A stretch of DNA of 63,935 bases, counting the filler, from Octopus bimaculoides (lineage: Eukaryota): NCBI RefSeq assembly GCF_001194135.2. It is 6 parts of 6 records of this genome, joined end to end, with 100 filler letters (N's around TTAATTAATTAA, not from the genome) between each part and the next. Parts side by side here need not be neighbours in the genome. Positions count along the whole stretch, not along the records: positions 38,076 to 50,556 come from NC_069003.1; 5 more parts are not named here. One strand, written 5' to 3'. Below, piece after piece: positions 38,421-50,434 of this stretch; the first letter of the stretch is position 1, and each line of letters starts with the position of its first letter. The translations under genes and the position numbers were made by a program. The notes under the pieces were generated by a model. The model saw only the letters and a program-made list of their open reading frames with translations. It was not told where the DNA came from and did no database searches.

Positions 38421-38579
38421 AAGTATTCTTTTATTCTTTTACTTGTTTTATTCATTTGACTCCTGCCATACTGGGGCACCGTCTTAAGAAGTAGAACTAA
38501 TTGTTTCATTGGTTTAATTTTGCAAGAGGGTAACAGGGTTCTGAATTAAAAATACAAAGACTTGTCTTAAGTTTTTCAT

Positions 38580-38760
38580 TGGCATCATCATCATTGTTTT
38601 GAAGTCCATTTTCCCCAGCTGGCATGGGTTGGACGAAATTTGCTGAAGCAGATTTCCAACAGCCAGATGCTTCTTCTGTCACCAACCCTCACCTGTTTCT
38701 AAGCAATGTAATATTTACCCATCACCAGACATATTTTCACAGAATATTGACAAGTAAGGA
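38580..38760 (-). mobile_element. SINE tail with RTE-like (ATG)n end (family C)
   Basis: Reverse complement of ...gtccaacccatgccagc...gatgatgatg. Same family as 45370 and 41385. Confidence 0.75.
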
Positions 38761-39841
38761 ACCTGCTTGCAGTGACGTAGCTAGAGTAAACCGTGCCCAG
38801 AACAAGCTGCAAAAATGCACCTCCCCACCATCACCACCAATTACAAAATCCACAATATTACATAGTACTTATTTGTTACAAGTAATTAATGTTTTAAAGC
38901 AATATTTTAGGAATAAATACTTTACCATGATTCATTTACCTGCCAGTTTGGTACAGCCTGTAATTCAAAATATATTTTTTGAATGTTTACTTTTGACGAA
39001 GCCTTTTTTGACGCTCTTTCTAAAAATGTCCAGACATAAATATAGACAGCCATCATATTGAACTTATCTTTAATAACAGCATAAAACAATATGCTGGAGA
39101 TCCATNNNNNNNNNNNNNNNNNNNNNNNNNNNNNNNNNNNNNNNNNNNNNNNNNNNNNNNNNNNNNNNNNNNNNNNNNNNNNNNNNNNNNNNNNNNNNNN
39201 NNNNNNNNNNNNNNNNNNNNNNNNNNNNNNNNNNNNNNNNNNNNNNNNNNNNNNNNNNNNNNNNNNNNNNNNNNNNNNNNNNNNNNNNNNNNNNNNNNNN
39301 NNNNNNNNNNNNNNNNNNNNNNNNNNNNNNNNNNNNNNNNNNNNNNNNNNNNNNNNNNNNNNNNNNNNNNNNNNNNNNNNNNNNNNNNNNNNNNNNNNNN
39401 NNNNNNNNNNNNNNNNNNNNNNNNNNNNNNNNNNNNNNNNNNNNNNNNNNNNNNNNNNNNNNNNNNNNNNNNNNNNNNNNNNNNNNNNNNNNNNNNNNNN
39501 NNNNNNNNNNNNNNNNNNNNNNNNNNNNNNNNNNNNNNNNNNNNNNNNNNNNNNNNNNNNNNNNNNNNNNNNNNNNNNNNNNNNNNNNNNNNNNNNNNNN
39601 NNNNNNNNNNNNNNNNNNNNNNNNNNNNNNNNNNNNNNNNNNNNNNNNNNNNNNNNNNNNNNNNNNNNNNNNNNNNNNNNNNNNNNNNNNNNNNNNNNNN
39701 NNNNNNNNNNNNNNNNNNNNNNNNNNNNNNNNNNNNNNNNNNNNNNNNNNNNNNNNNNNNNNNNNNNNNNNNNNNNNNNNNNNNNNNNNNNNNNNNNNNN
39801 NNNNNNNNNNNNNNNNNNNNNNNNNNNNNNNNNNNNNNNNN

Positions 39842-39990
39842 TTCTTTCAGTTTCCGTCGACCAAATTCATTTACAAGGCTTTGGCCAGCCCCAAGTTATA
39901 TCAGAGGATGCCTGCTCAAGGTATCACACAATGGGACTGAACCCACAACCATGTGCTTGGAAAGCAAACTTTTTACCACACACCCATGCC
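39842..39990 (-). mobile_element. Family A SINE head and core
   Basis: Core and head motifs. Confidence 0.8.
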
Positions 39991-40019
39991 AAAATGTGTG
40001 TGTGTGTATGTGTGTGCAT

Positions 40020-40054
<35 letters not shown>

Positions 40055-40813
40055 TTTATAAGATATGGATGTATTGCGTACATGTATCTCTGTCTGTGTG
40101 TATGCGTATAGATAGACAGATAGACAGAGACACACAATACACCCACGTATATATATACACATACATATACGTGTATGTATATGTGTGTATATATATATNN
40201 NNNNNNNNNNNNNNNNNNNNNNNNNNNNNNNNNNNNNNNNNNNNNNNNNNNNNNNNNNNNNNNNNNNNNNNNNNNNNNNNNNNNNNNNNNNNNNNNNNNN
40301 NNNNNNNNNNNNNNNNNNNNNNNNNNNNNNNNNNNNNNNNNNNNNNNNNNNNNNNNNNNNNNNNNNNNNNNNNNNNNNNNNNNNNNNNNNNNNNNNNNNN
40401 NNNNNNNNNNNNNNNNNNNNNNNNNNNNNNNNNNNNNNNNNNNNNNNNNNNNNNNNNNNNNNNNNNNNNNNNNNNNNNNNNNNNNNNNNNNNNNNNNNNN
40501 NNNNNNNNNNNNNNNNNNNNNNNNNNNNNNNNNNNNNNNNNNNNNNNNNNNNNNNNNNNNNNNNNNNNNNNNNNNNNNNNNNTCCTTAATGGTTCTCAGA
40601 ACTGGAGTGCATCATCTCTTGTTATATTTAACCAAATATTGACATCAAACGTGACACATATATGCCATTTACCTTTCTCTACCTGCTGCGGGTGTTTTTT
40701 ACAGGTTTATGTTTTTTACACAAATATTTCCAAAACATATTGGTTGTCAGTCTTTGTTCTTGCTCCATATTTTAGTGCATATTAGAGTTTTATATCTATA
40801 TATATACACACAC

Positions 40814-40865
<52 letters not shown>

Positions 40866-41384
40866 ATATATATAATATATACATACACACACACATGTAT
40901 ATAAATATGCATTTATGTGTGTCTGTGTGTTTTATATACCATTACTACTTAAAACAGTTTTAGTGTAACTCCAACTAAATGTGTTGACCGCCTTTTTCTT
41001 GCGTTTGTCCACTCACTCATATATTTTATATACTTTATATATATACTTTATATATGTATATACACACATACACACACATCTATATATAGATGAAAACACA
41101 GACACATATATTATCTTACGTTCACTCTCTTATACCTTGAGAGTTTGTTTTATCACCCCCATCACTACCTAACTTTTATCTCCTTCAGCCATCTATCAGA
41201 ACACCTGCAGCAGGACACCTGTGTTTGTTCCTCTGTCCTACTTTAGCCTTTCAACACCTGACATAAAGCCATTCAACTCCACCTTCCTTTCTCAAATACT
41301 CCTCTCTCAATTGTGGGAGCTTTCTTCTTATTTTCCCCCTGTTCTTTTTCCGTCTTGGACGTTTACATGGCAATCTCACCAGTG

Positions 41385-41510
41385 CCTGTAACATGAAAAG
41401 AGCACTCAATACACTCTGTAAAGTGGTTGGCATCAGGAAAGGCATCCAGCTGTGGAAACCATGCCAAAGCCAACATTGGAGTTCAACACAGCCTTGCCAC
41501 CTGTACCTTC
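41385..41510 (+). mobile_element. Family C SINE / RTE-related fragment
   Basis: ggttggcatcaggaaaggcatccagctgtggaaacc motif. Confidence 0.7.
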
Positions 41511-41539
41511 CTTTCAAGCATTGCTGTAAACAGTGGAAG

Positions 41540-41668
41540 TGAGCTAGAAGGATAAAACTTAGTGTGCATGCACAGCAGAGTTCAAGGTCAATCTGTGCCG
41601 TGTGGCATCCCTCTGCATGCTTAAGCTTTGTTACTATGGCAACAGTCTGGATACTTATTGATCAGACC
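41540..41668 (-). mobile_element. Mariner-type terminal fragment
   Basis: Minus strand aggtctgatcaataagtatccagactg resembles mariner TIRs. The partner end was not found. Confidence 0.55.
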
Positions 41669-41792
41669 TTGTGTGTGTGTGTGTAAATGTGCATGTGTGC
41701 ATATATGTGTGCATGCATGCATGTATGTATGTATGTATGTATGTATGTGTATATATGTATGTGTATGTGCATGTGTGTGTATGTATATATAC

Positions 41793-42755
41793 TTGGAAAT
41801 GGATGTAGCGTTCAATTAAATAATAATATAAATAATATATATATGTATGTATGTATGTATGTATGCATATATGGGTACAGGACATCACCAACAGTAAACA
41901 ACATGAAATACGAAAACAAATGAGTTGAATATGCAAATAATGAGAGAAAAAAATGGAAAATAAGACAAGTAATACAAAGAATGACCCTTCATTAGTTGTT
42001 GGCTGTCTATCTACTCCTCATTTTGAGCATTGAACGACAATATGAGTCTTCGAAGACAGTTGCTCCCATAAGTACCAAAATAAAATTTGGGATTTATGGA
42101 GGGTCAAAGTTGTGAACAAAAACAGGACAGTGGAAACATACAGGGAAACCGAACGAAAACAAACCTGGAGGATCGTTAGACCTGAACAAAGGGAAACTAG
42201 TGAATGCTGAGAGAAATATTTTCTTTGAAAAGAGGAAAGATAGAAAAGATAGATAGGAGATGTCCAGTCCTTAGAATGTCTGTGCAGGAAAGAAAGNNNN
42301 NNNNNNNNNNNNNNNNNNNNNNNNNNNNNNNNNNNNNNNNNNNNNNNNNNNNNNNNNNNNNNNNNNNNNNNNNNNNNNNNNNNNNNNNNNNNNNNNNNNN
42401 NNNNNNNNNNNNNNNNNNNNNNNNNNNNNNNNNNNNNNNNNNNNNNNNNNNNNNNNNNNNNNNNNNNTATTATTATTTAATTGAATGCCACACATCCATT
42501 TCCAAGTAAGTTTATCTTAACCTTTTTGATGCTACTCTACTCTATACTGTTTTCTCCCCATCCTTTCTAATTCCCTTTTTCTTCCTTTCACCGTTTTCTC
42601 TCTATCTCTCTCTGTCTCTCTCTCTCTCTCTTCCTCTTTCTCCTTTTCTCTGTCTCGTTGCTCACATATGACCATCGTCCATCTTTCTTTTCCTCACATG
42701 ACCATCTTTCTTTTCCTTCAGGACTTTCCTAAGGACTGGACATCTCCTATCTCTC
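41793..42755. mobile_element. Inverted pair of Penelope-like terminal repeats across a gap
   Basis: 41793-41830 is inverted at 42468-42510, and 42250-42275 is inverted at 42730-42752. Confidence 0.55.
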
Positions 42756-44216
42756 TTATTGTTATTTTGAGTCTATATGTGTATTTATGTGTGTATTGAA
42801 TTTTTGGAGGCTTGATTAGAGAAAGGAGAAAGAAAGAAAGAAAGGAAGAAAGAAATAAAGAAAGAAAGCTTTTTATGGAATGGTTGAAATTAATGGCAGT
42901 TCAAGAAGTCAATTTTCTTTCTGTCACTATAGTTTTGATCAGTTGTCATGATATCCAGCTATAGAAAATAGACACTATCAAATTGTTTTTCTTTCTTTTC
43001 TTTTTCTTTTTTCTTTCTTCCTGTCATTCTTTTCTCTTTTCTTTCTTTAACCAAACCTCCAAAAATTCACCACACACATATTTATATACACATACAGATT
43101 CAAAGTAACAAAGAACATTTTATTCCCAGTTCAACTACANNNNNNNNNNNNNNNNNNNNNNNNNNNNNNNNNNNNNNNNNNNNNNNNNNNNNNNNNNNNN
43201 NNNNNNNNNNNNNNNNNNNNNNNNNNNNNNNNNNNNNNNNNNNNNNNNNNNNNNNNNNNNNNNNNNNNNNNNNNNNNNNNNNNNNNNNNNNNNNNNNNNN
43301 NNNNNNNNNNNNNNNNNNNNNNNNNNNNNNNNNNNNNNNNNNNNNNNNNNNNNNNNNNNNNNNNNNNNNNNNNNNNNNNNNNNNNNNNNNNNNNNNNNNN
43401 NNNNNNNNNNNNNNNNNNNNNNNNNNNNNNNNNNNNNNNNNNNNNNNNNNNNNNNNNNNNNNNNNNNNNNNNNNNNNNNNNNNNNNNNNNNNNNNNNNNN
43501 NNNNNNNNNNNNNNNNNNNNNNNNNNNNNNNNNNNNNNNNNNNNNNNNNNNNNNNNNNNNNNNNNNNNNNNNNNNNNNNNNNNNNNNNNNNNNNNNNNNN
43601 NNNNNNNNNNNNNNNNNNNNNNNNNNNNNNNNNNNNNNNNNNNNNNNNNNNNNNNNNNNNNNNNNNNNNNNNNNNNNNNNNNNNNNNNNNNNNNNNNNNN
43701 NNNNNNNNNNNNNNNNNNNNNNNNNNNNNNNNNNNNNNNNNNNNNNNNNNNNNNNNNNNNNNNAAATCGAAGTAAATTTGCATTTATTTCATTCCATTTA
43801 ACAAACATCATCAGAATGATTTAATTGAATATAAATAGGAGAAAAAAAGGGAAATGAAAGGAAACGGTAAAGTTATTCCTGTTGTTGTGATAGGTAGTCT
43901 CTGCTTGGTTATTTTTATCGCAGAATAAGGCTTTCCATCGTAAACGGTTGGTGAAATCTGTTAATTTTGCAATCACTTCTTTTAGATATACATCTTTTGG
44001 TGGAATCAGTATATCCTTTAATAATGCTTCTATTGTTATTTGCTCCATTTTACCAGTAGATGTTTGAGTTATGTCTGGCTAATGCAGCTTAGCAAGAAAT
44101 ATGTACATATGAGCCATCTAAGAGACTGTAAGTCAGGGAAAAGATGCACTCGTATATCTGTCAGTAGAGTGGGTATATTATCCAAAATGTATAGTATTAA
44201 GTATCCATCACAACTG

Positions 44217-44299
44217 ATCTTACCAACTGGTTTTGCGTAAAGAATACAATGGAATGTTTGGTAACAAACCAATTATATAACTTTACGCTCATCAGAGTT
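44217..44299 (-). ncRNA. Type I hammerhead ribozyme motif, probably inactivated (G12A)
   Basis: CUGAUGA, perfect 8-bp stem II GCGUAAAG/CUUUACGC, then AAAAC-CAGUUG-GUA. Confidence 0.7.
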
Positions 44300-44832
44300 A
44301 GCTGATATGGAAGGAAATATGGTGACTGCTCTCAATTGTCGGAGATGGATTAGCACAACCAGTCAGTGGCTGCTGTGAAAAAGGTGGTGGAATGAAAAAG
44401 GGCCAGGGAATTAGATTAGGAGTTAAGTCCCTTGGTTGGGTAAGCTGTGAAGCTGGCAAGAGTTATCTTGAAGTGGGGAAAGTGTGTATTATTTATGTGG
44501 AGCTCCTGTGGGGATGGGGTGTGTGGTATGTGTAGCAGTATCATATGTATAATTTTTCCCAGGGGTGTAGGTATATATAGCGGTGTTCGTTGATCTGTTT
44601 TCTTTCTGTAAGGGATAAAGTAGGGAAGGAGGGTTATGTTAGCGTGCGGTGTGTAATGTGCGTGGGAGGGTCTATGTATATGTGGGGGTACAATTTGTGT
44701 GAAGGGGTATGTGTTGGGGTGGTGGGAGGCAGTTTATTTTGTGGAGTGTCTGCCTTATAAGGGTGTGTGTGTGTGTGTATATGGGTACTTTGGTCAAACT
44801 CTTTTTGCCAGGCTCAAGGGCATTGGTGGAAG

Positions 44833-44915
44833 GTCTTACCAATCAGTTTTATGCTATGGATACGATGAAGTGTTAGGTAACAATACAATTATGTAACCCT
44901 GTGCTCATCAGAGGT
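44833..44915 (-). ncRNA. Degenerate type I hammerhead motif (paralogue of 44217)
   Basis: CUGAUGA-GCACAGGG...AAAAC-UGAUUG-GUA-AGAC. Stem II is decayed. Confidence 0.5.
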
Positions 44916-45246
44916 AGCTGATATGGAATGAAATATGGCGATATTTCATTCGCCATATTTCATTCCATAATGACAAAGTAATAAATATAAAAATACTATT
45001 TTAATATTTATTACTTTGTACGTTTTTGATTTTTATTATAGGTCTTTTTAGTGTATTTACTTATTAAATTTTTCTATATGTGATTGTGAATTTTCATTGA
45101 TGAATTCATTGATAATTGTGGTTTTTTTCTCTAAATTGTATATTTATATATTATATATTGTGAAATTTAATTTAATTTTAATTTTGATAAATTAAATTGA
45201 ATTTTTCCCTGTAAACTTGGATTTTTATCCCTAATATTATTATCAT

Positions 45247-45284
<38 letters not shown>

Positions 45285-45369
45285 GTATGTGTGTATGGAT
45301 GTATATGTGTGTATATGTATATCTGTATATGTGTGTGTATATCTACATATATGTATGTGTGTGTGTCAG

Positions 45370-45590
45370 TATCTCCTTGTCAAGACAAGGAGGCGCATAG
45401 CATGATAGTTGTAAAAGAATGTCATGATTCTTCCACGATAAACATACCTGGTTAAGAAGAAATATTATCGAATTTGGAAACAAGCGAAAGTTGGCAACAG
45501 GAAGGGCCTCCAGCTGTAGAAAAAACTTCAACAATAAACTCGGTCCAACCCATGCAAGCAAGCAAGATAAGTAGATGTCAAAATAATAAT
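45370..45590 (+). mobile_element. Family C SINE tail
   Basis: gttggcaacaggaagggcctccagctgtagaaa...gtccaacccatgcaagc. Confidence 0.78.
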
Positions 45591-45759
45591 GGGAAAAAAC
45601 CCAAGTCATTACAGACAGGTGAATATGATATGGTACCATGTACAATATCCCATGTTTTCACTAAGGCAGTCATGAGTAGACACAGAATCCCCCAGCTTCT
45701 TGGTACAGCAGAATATCTGAGATGTGAGAGTTGGAGGGCTGCACCAGAACAGCACTCAC

Positions 45760-45915
45760 TAAGCTGGTACTCGTTTTACAGCTAAGTAGAGTACAGGAAA
45801 GCAATGTGAAATGAGGTAATGAAGTGTTTTGATCAAGGTAGCAAAGCACTACCTGGTCTGGGAATTGAACCTGTAATTGTATGTTTCTGAGTCCAATACC
45901 ATAATCATTAGGCTA
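45760..45915 (-). mobile_element. tRNA-derived SINE head, old
   Basis: Minus-strand box B ggttcaattccc followed by a ttgatcaaaacacttcatt core-like segment. Confidence 0.65.
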
Positions 45916-46774
45916 GCATTAAAGTTGAAATGTAATTTGTTGGTTGGTGTGTCATAGTTATGTATCGTTGGTGGGATAAATGAAAAGGCTAGCCTTTGAT
46001 AGAATAGTATACGCCATGCATGATATCTATGTATGTATATACAAATACAAACATTCACATATATATATATATTCACATATGTGTGTGTGTGTGAGTATAT
46101 ATACATATATATATAGAGATATAGATATATAGATATATATAGATATAGAAAAACACACACACACATATGCACACACAATTATACATGCATACACAAACAC
46201 ATACATAAATAAATATGCAAATAAATACATTCACATATAGGTACATGGATACATGCACGCACACACATACACATATAGACACATACATACACACCCACGC
46301 ACAACATAAACACATATCCACCCCTACTCACAGATATTTACACAAATATAGATCTATACACATGCATACATAAATGAACACATACAAGCATACACACACA
46401 CACACACAACATAAAATTTTCCCACCCCATACCCAACTACTTAGATAAACGTACAACTATTTAATTAGTATACAAATATTGAATCACCAAAAATTAAATT
46501 ATTGAATATTCAATTATCGATTATTGAATCATCATTGCCGTTCCTCCCCCAGATTCCCACCGCATCTCGCTGTTAGTCATCTAAGGAAAACAAAAGGAAG
46601 TTGGGGAGGGAGGCTGGGGTTGGGGTTGGGGTTGGTGAGATGTTCTTTCAATGAGAGATAAAAAAGAAAGAGAGAAGGAAGGTGGAAGAGAAGAAGAATT
46701 TCTAAAAAAAAAAAAAAATACGCAGCAATTAGTTTTTTTTTAGTGATAGAGAAAAGTAATGGATGTACCACTAG

Positions 46775-46990
46775 CACCACCAACGGCAGCAGTAACACCA
46801 CCATCACCATCAACAACAATAACAACAACAGCAGAAGCAGCAGCAGCACCACCACCAACAGCAGTGCCAGAAACAACATCAGTAGCAGCACCATCACCAC
46901 CAACAATAATAGCACAATAGCAGAAGCAGCAGCAGCAGCAGTAACAACAACAGTAGAAGCAGCAGCATCACCAACAACAACAGACACAGC
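46775..46990. repeat. Cryptic (CAN)n trinucleotide low-complexity tract
   Basis: Mixed CAG/CAA/CAC runs. Confidence 0.9.
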
Positions 46991-47539
46991 ACTATCATTA
47001 TACATGTGTCTGTGGAATACTCAGTGTATTCCATATAAGTATACTTATGTATTTGGATGAGTCTGTGGAATACTCAGCTATTTTTCAATAACTCAGGTTA
47101 TTTAGTTGATCCAGTGACTGAATCACCAACAGCAGTACTCCATGGGTCACCAGGGCTGGGTTAAGACCCACAGAGGCCCTAAGCATTTAAAAGATTTTGG
47201 TGTCCCCATATACACCCAGAACCATGCTAATAGCTTTGGAGTGAAATTTAGGATTTCTCAGATTTCTGTGAATCAATTTTGGTAAAACTTTTCCCAGTTG
47301 GTTTGCACACTATGGCAATACCATTGTTATGTTTTCATTATTCTGTGTAACATCCTTTCTTTTTTAATTCAGATTCTTCAGTTTTTGAGTGAACCACGCT
47401 AATAGCTTTTAAATGAAAATATCCCATCTAGACATTTTATTTACAGAAAATGAAGGGTAACGATACATATTAAGTATATATTGAATATATATTTAACAGA
47501 AAATCATAATAATATTATAACATTTATTGACATAATGAA

Positions 47540-48450
47540 TTATTTAGCCACATGAGTGCCATTTCGACGGATAACTTCAAAAACCCTGTTAGTCAGGGAA
47601 TCTGTCAATTTCTTAATAGTAGCAGGCTGGATTGCCTCTGCTGCAGCTTTGATGGCCGTCCATAAGACATCTTTCGATGTAAATTGGCGTCCATTGGCAT
47701 AAACATTGTGTTTAATGATGGACCAAAGATTTTCAATAGGGTTGAGATCGAGAGATGCTGGCAATCACACCATCAACCTTTCACCTTGTATGCTGTAAAA
47801 CCCTAGGAATGTTTGGGTGGTCCTAGCAGAGTGGGAGGGAGCATTGTCATGCATGAATACGAGATTCCTTAGATGTGGCAGCAGTGTGTCATCTAACCAG
47901 GGATCCAAGACCCTCAGGAGAGTGTAGTAGGTGGCTACAGTCACTTTAACTTCTTCAGGCACCCTGTCTGGGCCAACAAGTTTGTCCCAAATGATACCAG
48001 CCCACAACATGACTCCTCCACCCTGTTGTTGATATCGTAAACATTGTTGATGTTCATCTCCAAAACAGACCAGACCATCTGCCCAATCATCAGGTCCATC
48101 AAGGGTTGCCCAGGTTTTGTCACTGAACAGAACACAACTCATGTCTAATGTTATGTCCTTTTGGGTCCATTGAAGTGTAATGGGGAGTTAAAGGAGGCAG
48201 TTTCAGGAGTCCTCACATGGAATCCATGGTCCTGAGGATGCGGTTTCTGGTGGTTTTCAGTACATGAGGAGATCCAGCGGCAGTGAAAATGGCTTTGCTT
48301 GTTTGTCCAGCTTTCTCATGTAACTTGCTGCCGCTAATATTCCTTAAATCCCTAGTTGTCACAGTCTTGAAGGACCCACAATCAGATAGTTTCTTCCTTG
48401 GCAAGAGGTTTGGCTGCTATTTCTAGCATAAGAGTAACTCAATAGAAGAT
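47540..48450 (-). mobile_element. Tc1-family transposon, DD37E (TRT-type), pseudogenised
   Basis: VLFSDKTWATLDGPD, GGGVMLWAGI, FMHDNAPSH, DLNPIENLW. 37 residues lie between the second D and E, counting the TGA at the conserved W. Confidence 0.92.
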
Positions 48451-48784
48451 CCATCATTGGTGACTCAATGAAGACAGAGATATGCCAAGCTGTGAGACAA
48501 CACATTCAAATGGTTTGCAGTGCATTTGTAGAAGAAAATGAATACATTTAATATCAGGATTTGAATTTAATTCGAACCTGAGAATTTCATTAAGGAATAT
48601 CAAATTAATGAATTTAATCCACAGAGAAGGAATAAAATGTCAGTTTCATATTTCATCACTGTTTTTTTTTTTAAATGGTAAGTATTGATTATTTTCTTGT
48701 CTTTGATTCTGTCTGTTTCATGAGACCTTTCATTCTGGGACTACTTGTTCATTCAGTGATTTCAATATGGATATATATATATAT

Positions 48785-48823
<39 letters not shown>

Positions 48824-48826
48824 TAA

Positions 48827-48869
<43 letters not shown>

Positions 48870-49002
48870 GATAAATAGATAGATATAGATACAGGTATAT
48901 ATATACATTTATAATATATACATGTATACACACACATATATATATAATATATACATACATACATATGTATATATACATACATATATATAAATATATATAT
49001 AT

Positions 49003-49057
<55 letters not shown>

Positions 49058-49520
49058 NNNNNNNNNNNNNNNNNNNNNNNNNNNNNNNNNNNNNNNNNNN
49101 NNNNNNNNNNNNNNNNNNNNNNNNNNNNNNNNNNNNNNNNNNNNNNNNNNNNNNNNNNNNNNNNNNNNNNNNNNNNNNNNNNNNNNNNNNNNNNNNNNNN
49201 NNNNNNNNNNNNNNNNNNNNNNNNNNNNNNNNNNNNNNNNNNNNNNNNNNNNNNNNNNNNNNNNNNNNNNNNNNNNNNNNNNNNNNNNNNNNNNNNNNNN
49301 NNNNNNNNNNNNNNNNNNNNNNNNNNNNNNNNNNNNNNNNNNNNNNNNNNNNNNNNNNNNNNNNNNNNNNNNNNNNNNNNNNNNNNNNNNNNNNNNNNNN
49401 NNNNNNNNNNNNNNNNNNNNNNNNNNNNNNNNNNNNNNNNNNNNNNNNNNNNNNNNNNNNNNNNNNNNNNNNNNNNNNNNNNNNNNNNNNNNNNNNNNNN
49501 NNNNNNNNNNNNNNNNNNNN

Positions 49521-49850
49521 CAAATTAACACCAAATATACAGTGCGTGTGTTTTTATTGGCTAAACTGGCAATATGACCATCCCCAAGTACAACAACATC
49601 TGTTTCAACACACGATTTCACATCAAAAATCTTGCAAAACATATATATATATATATGGGCATCGGTACCATTTTCCTCTTTCTCCGTTCTTCCATTCTCC
49701 GAACTTTCCATCTTTCCGACGAAGGGCTACGCCCGAAACGTCATACACTCTCTCTTTCCTTTCCTGAGCGTCCAATAATACTATCCATATCACGTCCTCA
49801 CTTTGTTGTTTTTTTGTTTTTTTGTTATTGTGTTTTTGAACTATATATAT
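49521..49850 (+). mobile_element. Penelope-like fragments: ORF start and tail with hammerhead
   Basis: MTIPKYNNICFNTRFHIKNLAK is shared with 15022, and a hammerhead motif lies at 49716. Confidence 0.6.
49711..49748 (+). ncRNA. Minimal type I hammerhead motif (U4C substitution)
   Basis: CCGACGA-A-GGGC-UAC-GCCC-GAAAC-GUC. Loop-less palindromic stem III (ACGU). Stem I is weak. Confidence 0.6.
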
Positions 49851-50069
49851 ATATATGCATGAGAGGTATCGGTATCTAGAAGACCCAAAGAATGTCAGAT
49901 AATGGTAAGTAAGTGCCGTGGACAGACCGTAGTTAAAGTCTTGGTTCGATAATGATACGAGTGAGGAATCTAATGTGGGTTTTGTATTAGCATGCATATA
50001 TATATATTATACAGAATGCGTTAACAAAGCCAAGGCTGTGAGGAGTTTTCAGGACACTTATCATGAATA

Positions 50070-50117
50070 GTCTTACAGCTGTTTCTAGGATATTATAGAT
50101 ATCCCTTCATCAGAGAC
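50070..50117 (-). ncRNA. Type I hammerhead ribozyme motif, core intact
   Basis: GUCU-CUGAUGA-A-GGGAUA-ucuauaa-UAUCCU-A-GAAAC-AGCU-GUA-AGAC. Confidence 0.8.
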
Positions 50118-50434
50118 GGTGTGAGAAAATATTTGAGTTCAAAGTATTATGGAAAAGGAGGAGATAAGGAACCTCCACATAACCCTTTCAAATGAGCAAC
50201 ACTGATTCCACACCTCCATACTTTGAAATGACTGAACATGAACTGCTATTGGAACTTACATACCATGTACAGGCAACTTTTTTACCATTTCTATACACCA
50301 TCAATATACAATATCTTTATACACCATCAATATACAATATCTTTATATATCTTATTTCTACTTTCATTCTCTTATTTCCCTCTGTATCCCCTATCTTTTC
50401 CACAATGATTCAAACTCAAATATTTTCTTACACC

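Larger units (their letters stand above)
43780..44968 (-). mobile_element. Penelope-like element 5' region: terminal hairpin, two hammerhead repeats, UTR and ORF start
   Basis: ORF from 44048, MEQITIEALLKDILIPPKDVYLKEVIAKLTDFTNRLRWKALF, matches the PLE N-terminal pattern (KNIPIP...KR.RWKAFF). Confidence 0.85.

Noticed and set aside
41425-41465. RTE-type ggaagggcatcc motif that can follow a twister ribozyme in some RTE elements
   Set aside because: No twister core (ccggtcccaagcccgg-like) is visible upstream in any copy here.
46577-47060. Poly-N/S/T/A or poly-L/V ORFs
   Set aside because: Translation of a cryptic trinucleotide repeat, with no splice or domain evidence.
47151-47200. hAT-like left ends here (cagggctgggttaag) and at 38770 (cagtgacgtagctag)
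   Set aside because: No partner TIR or TSD was found.
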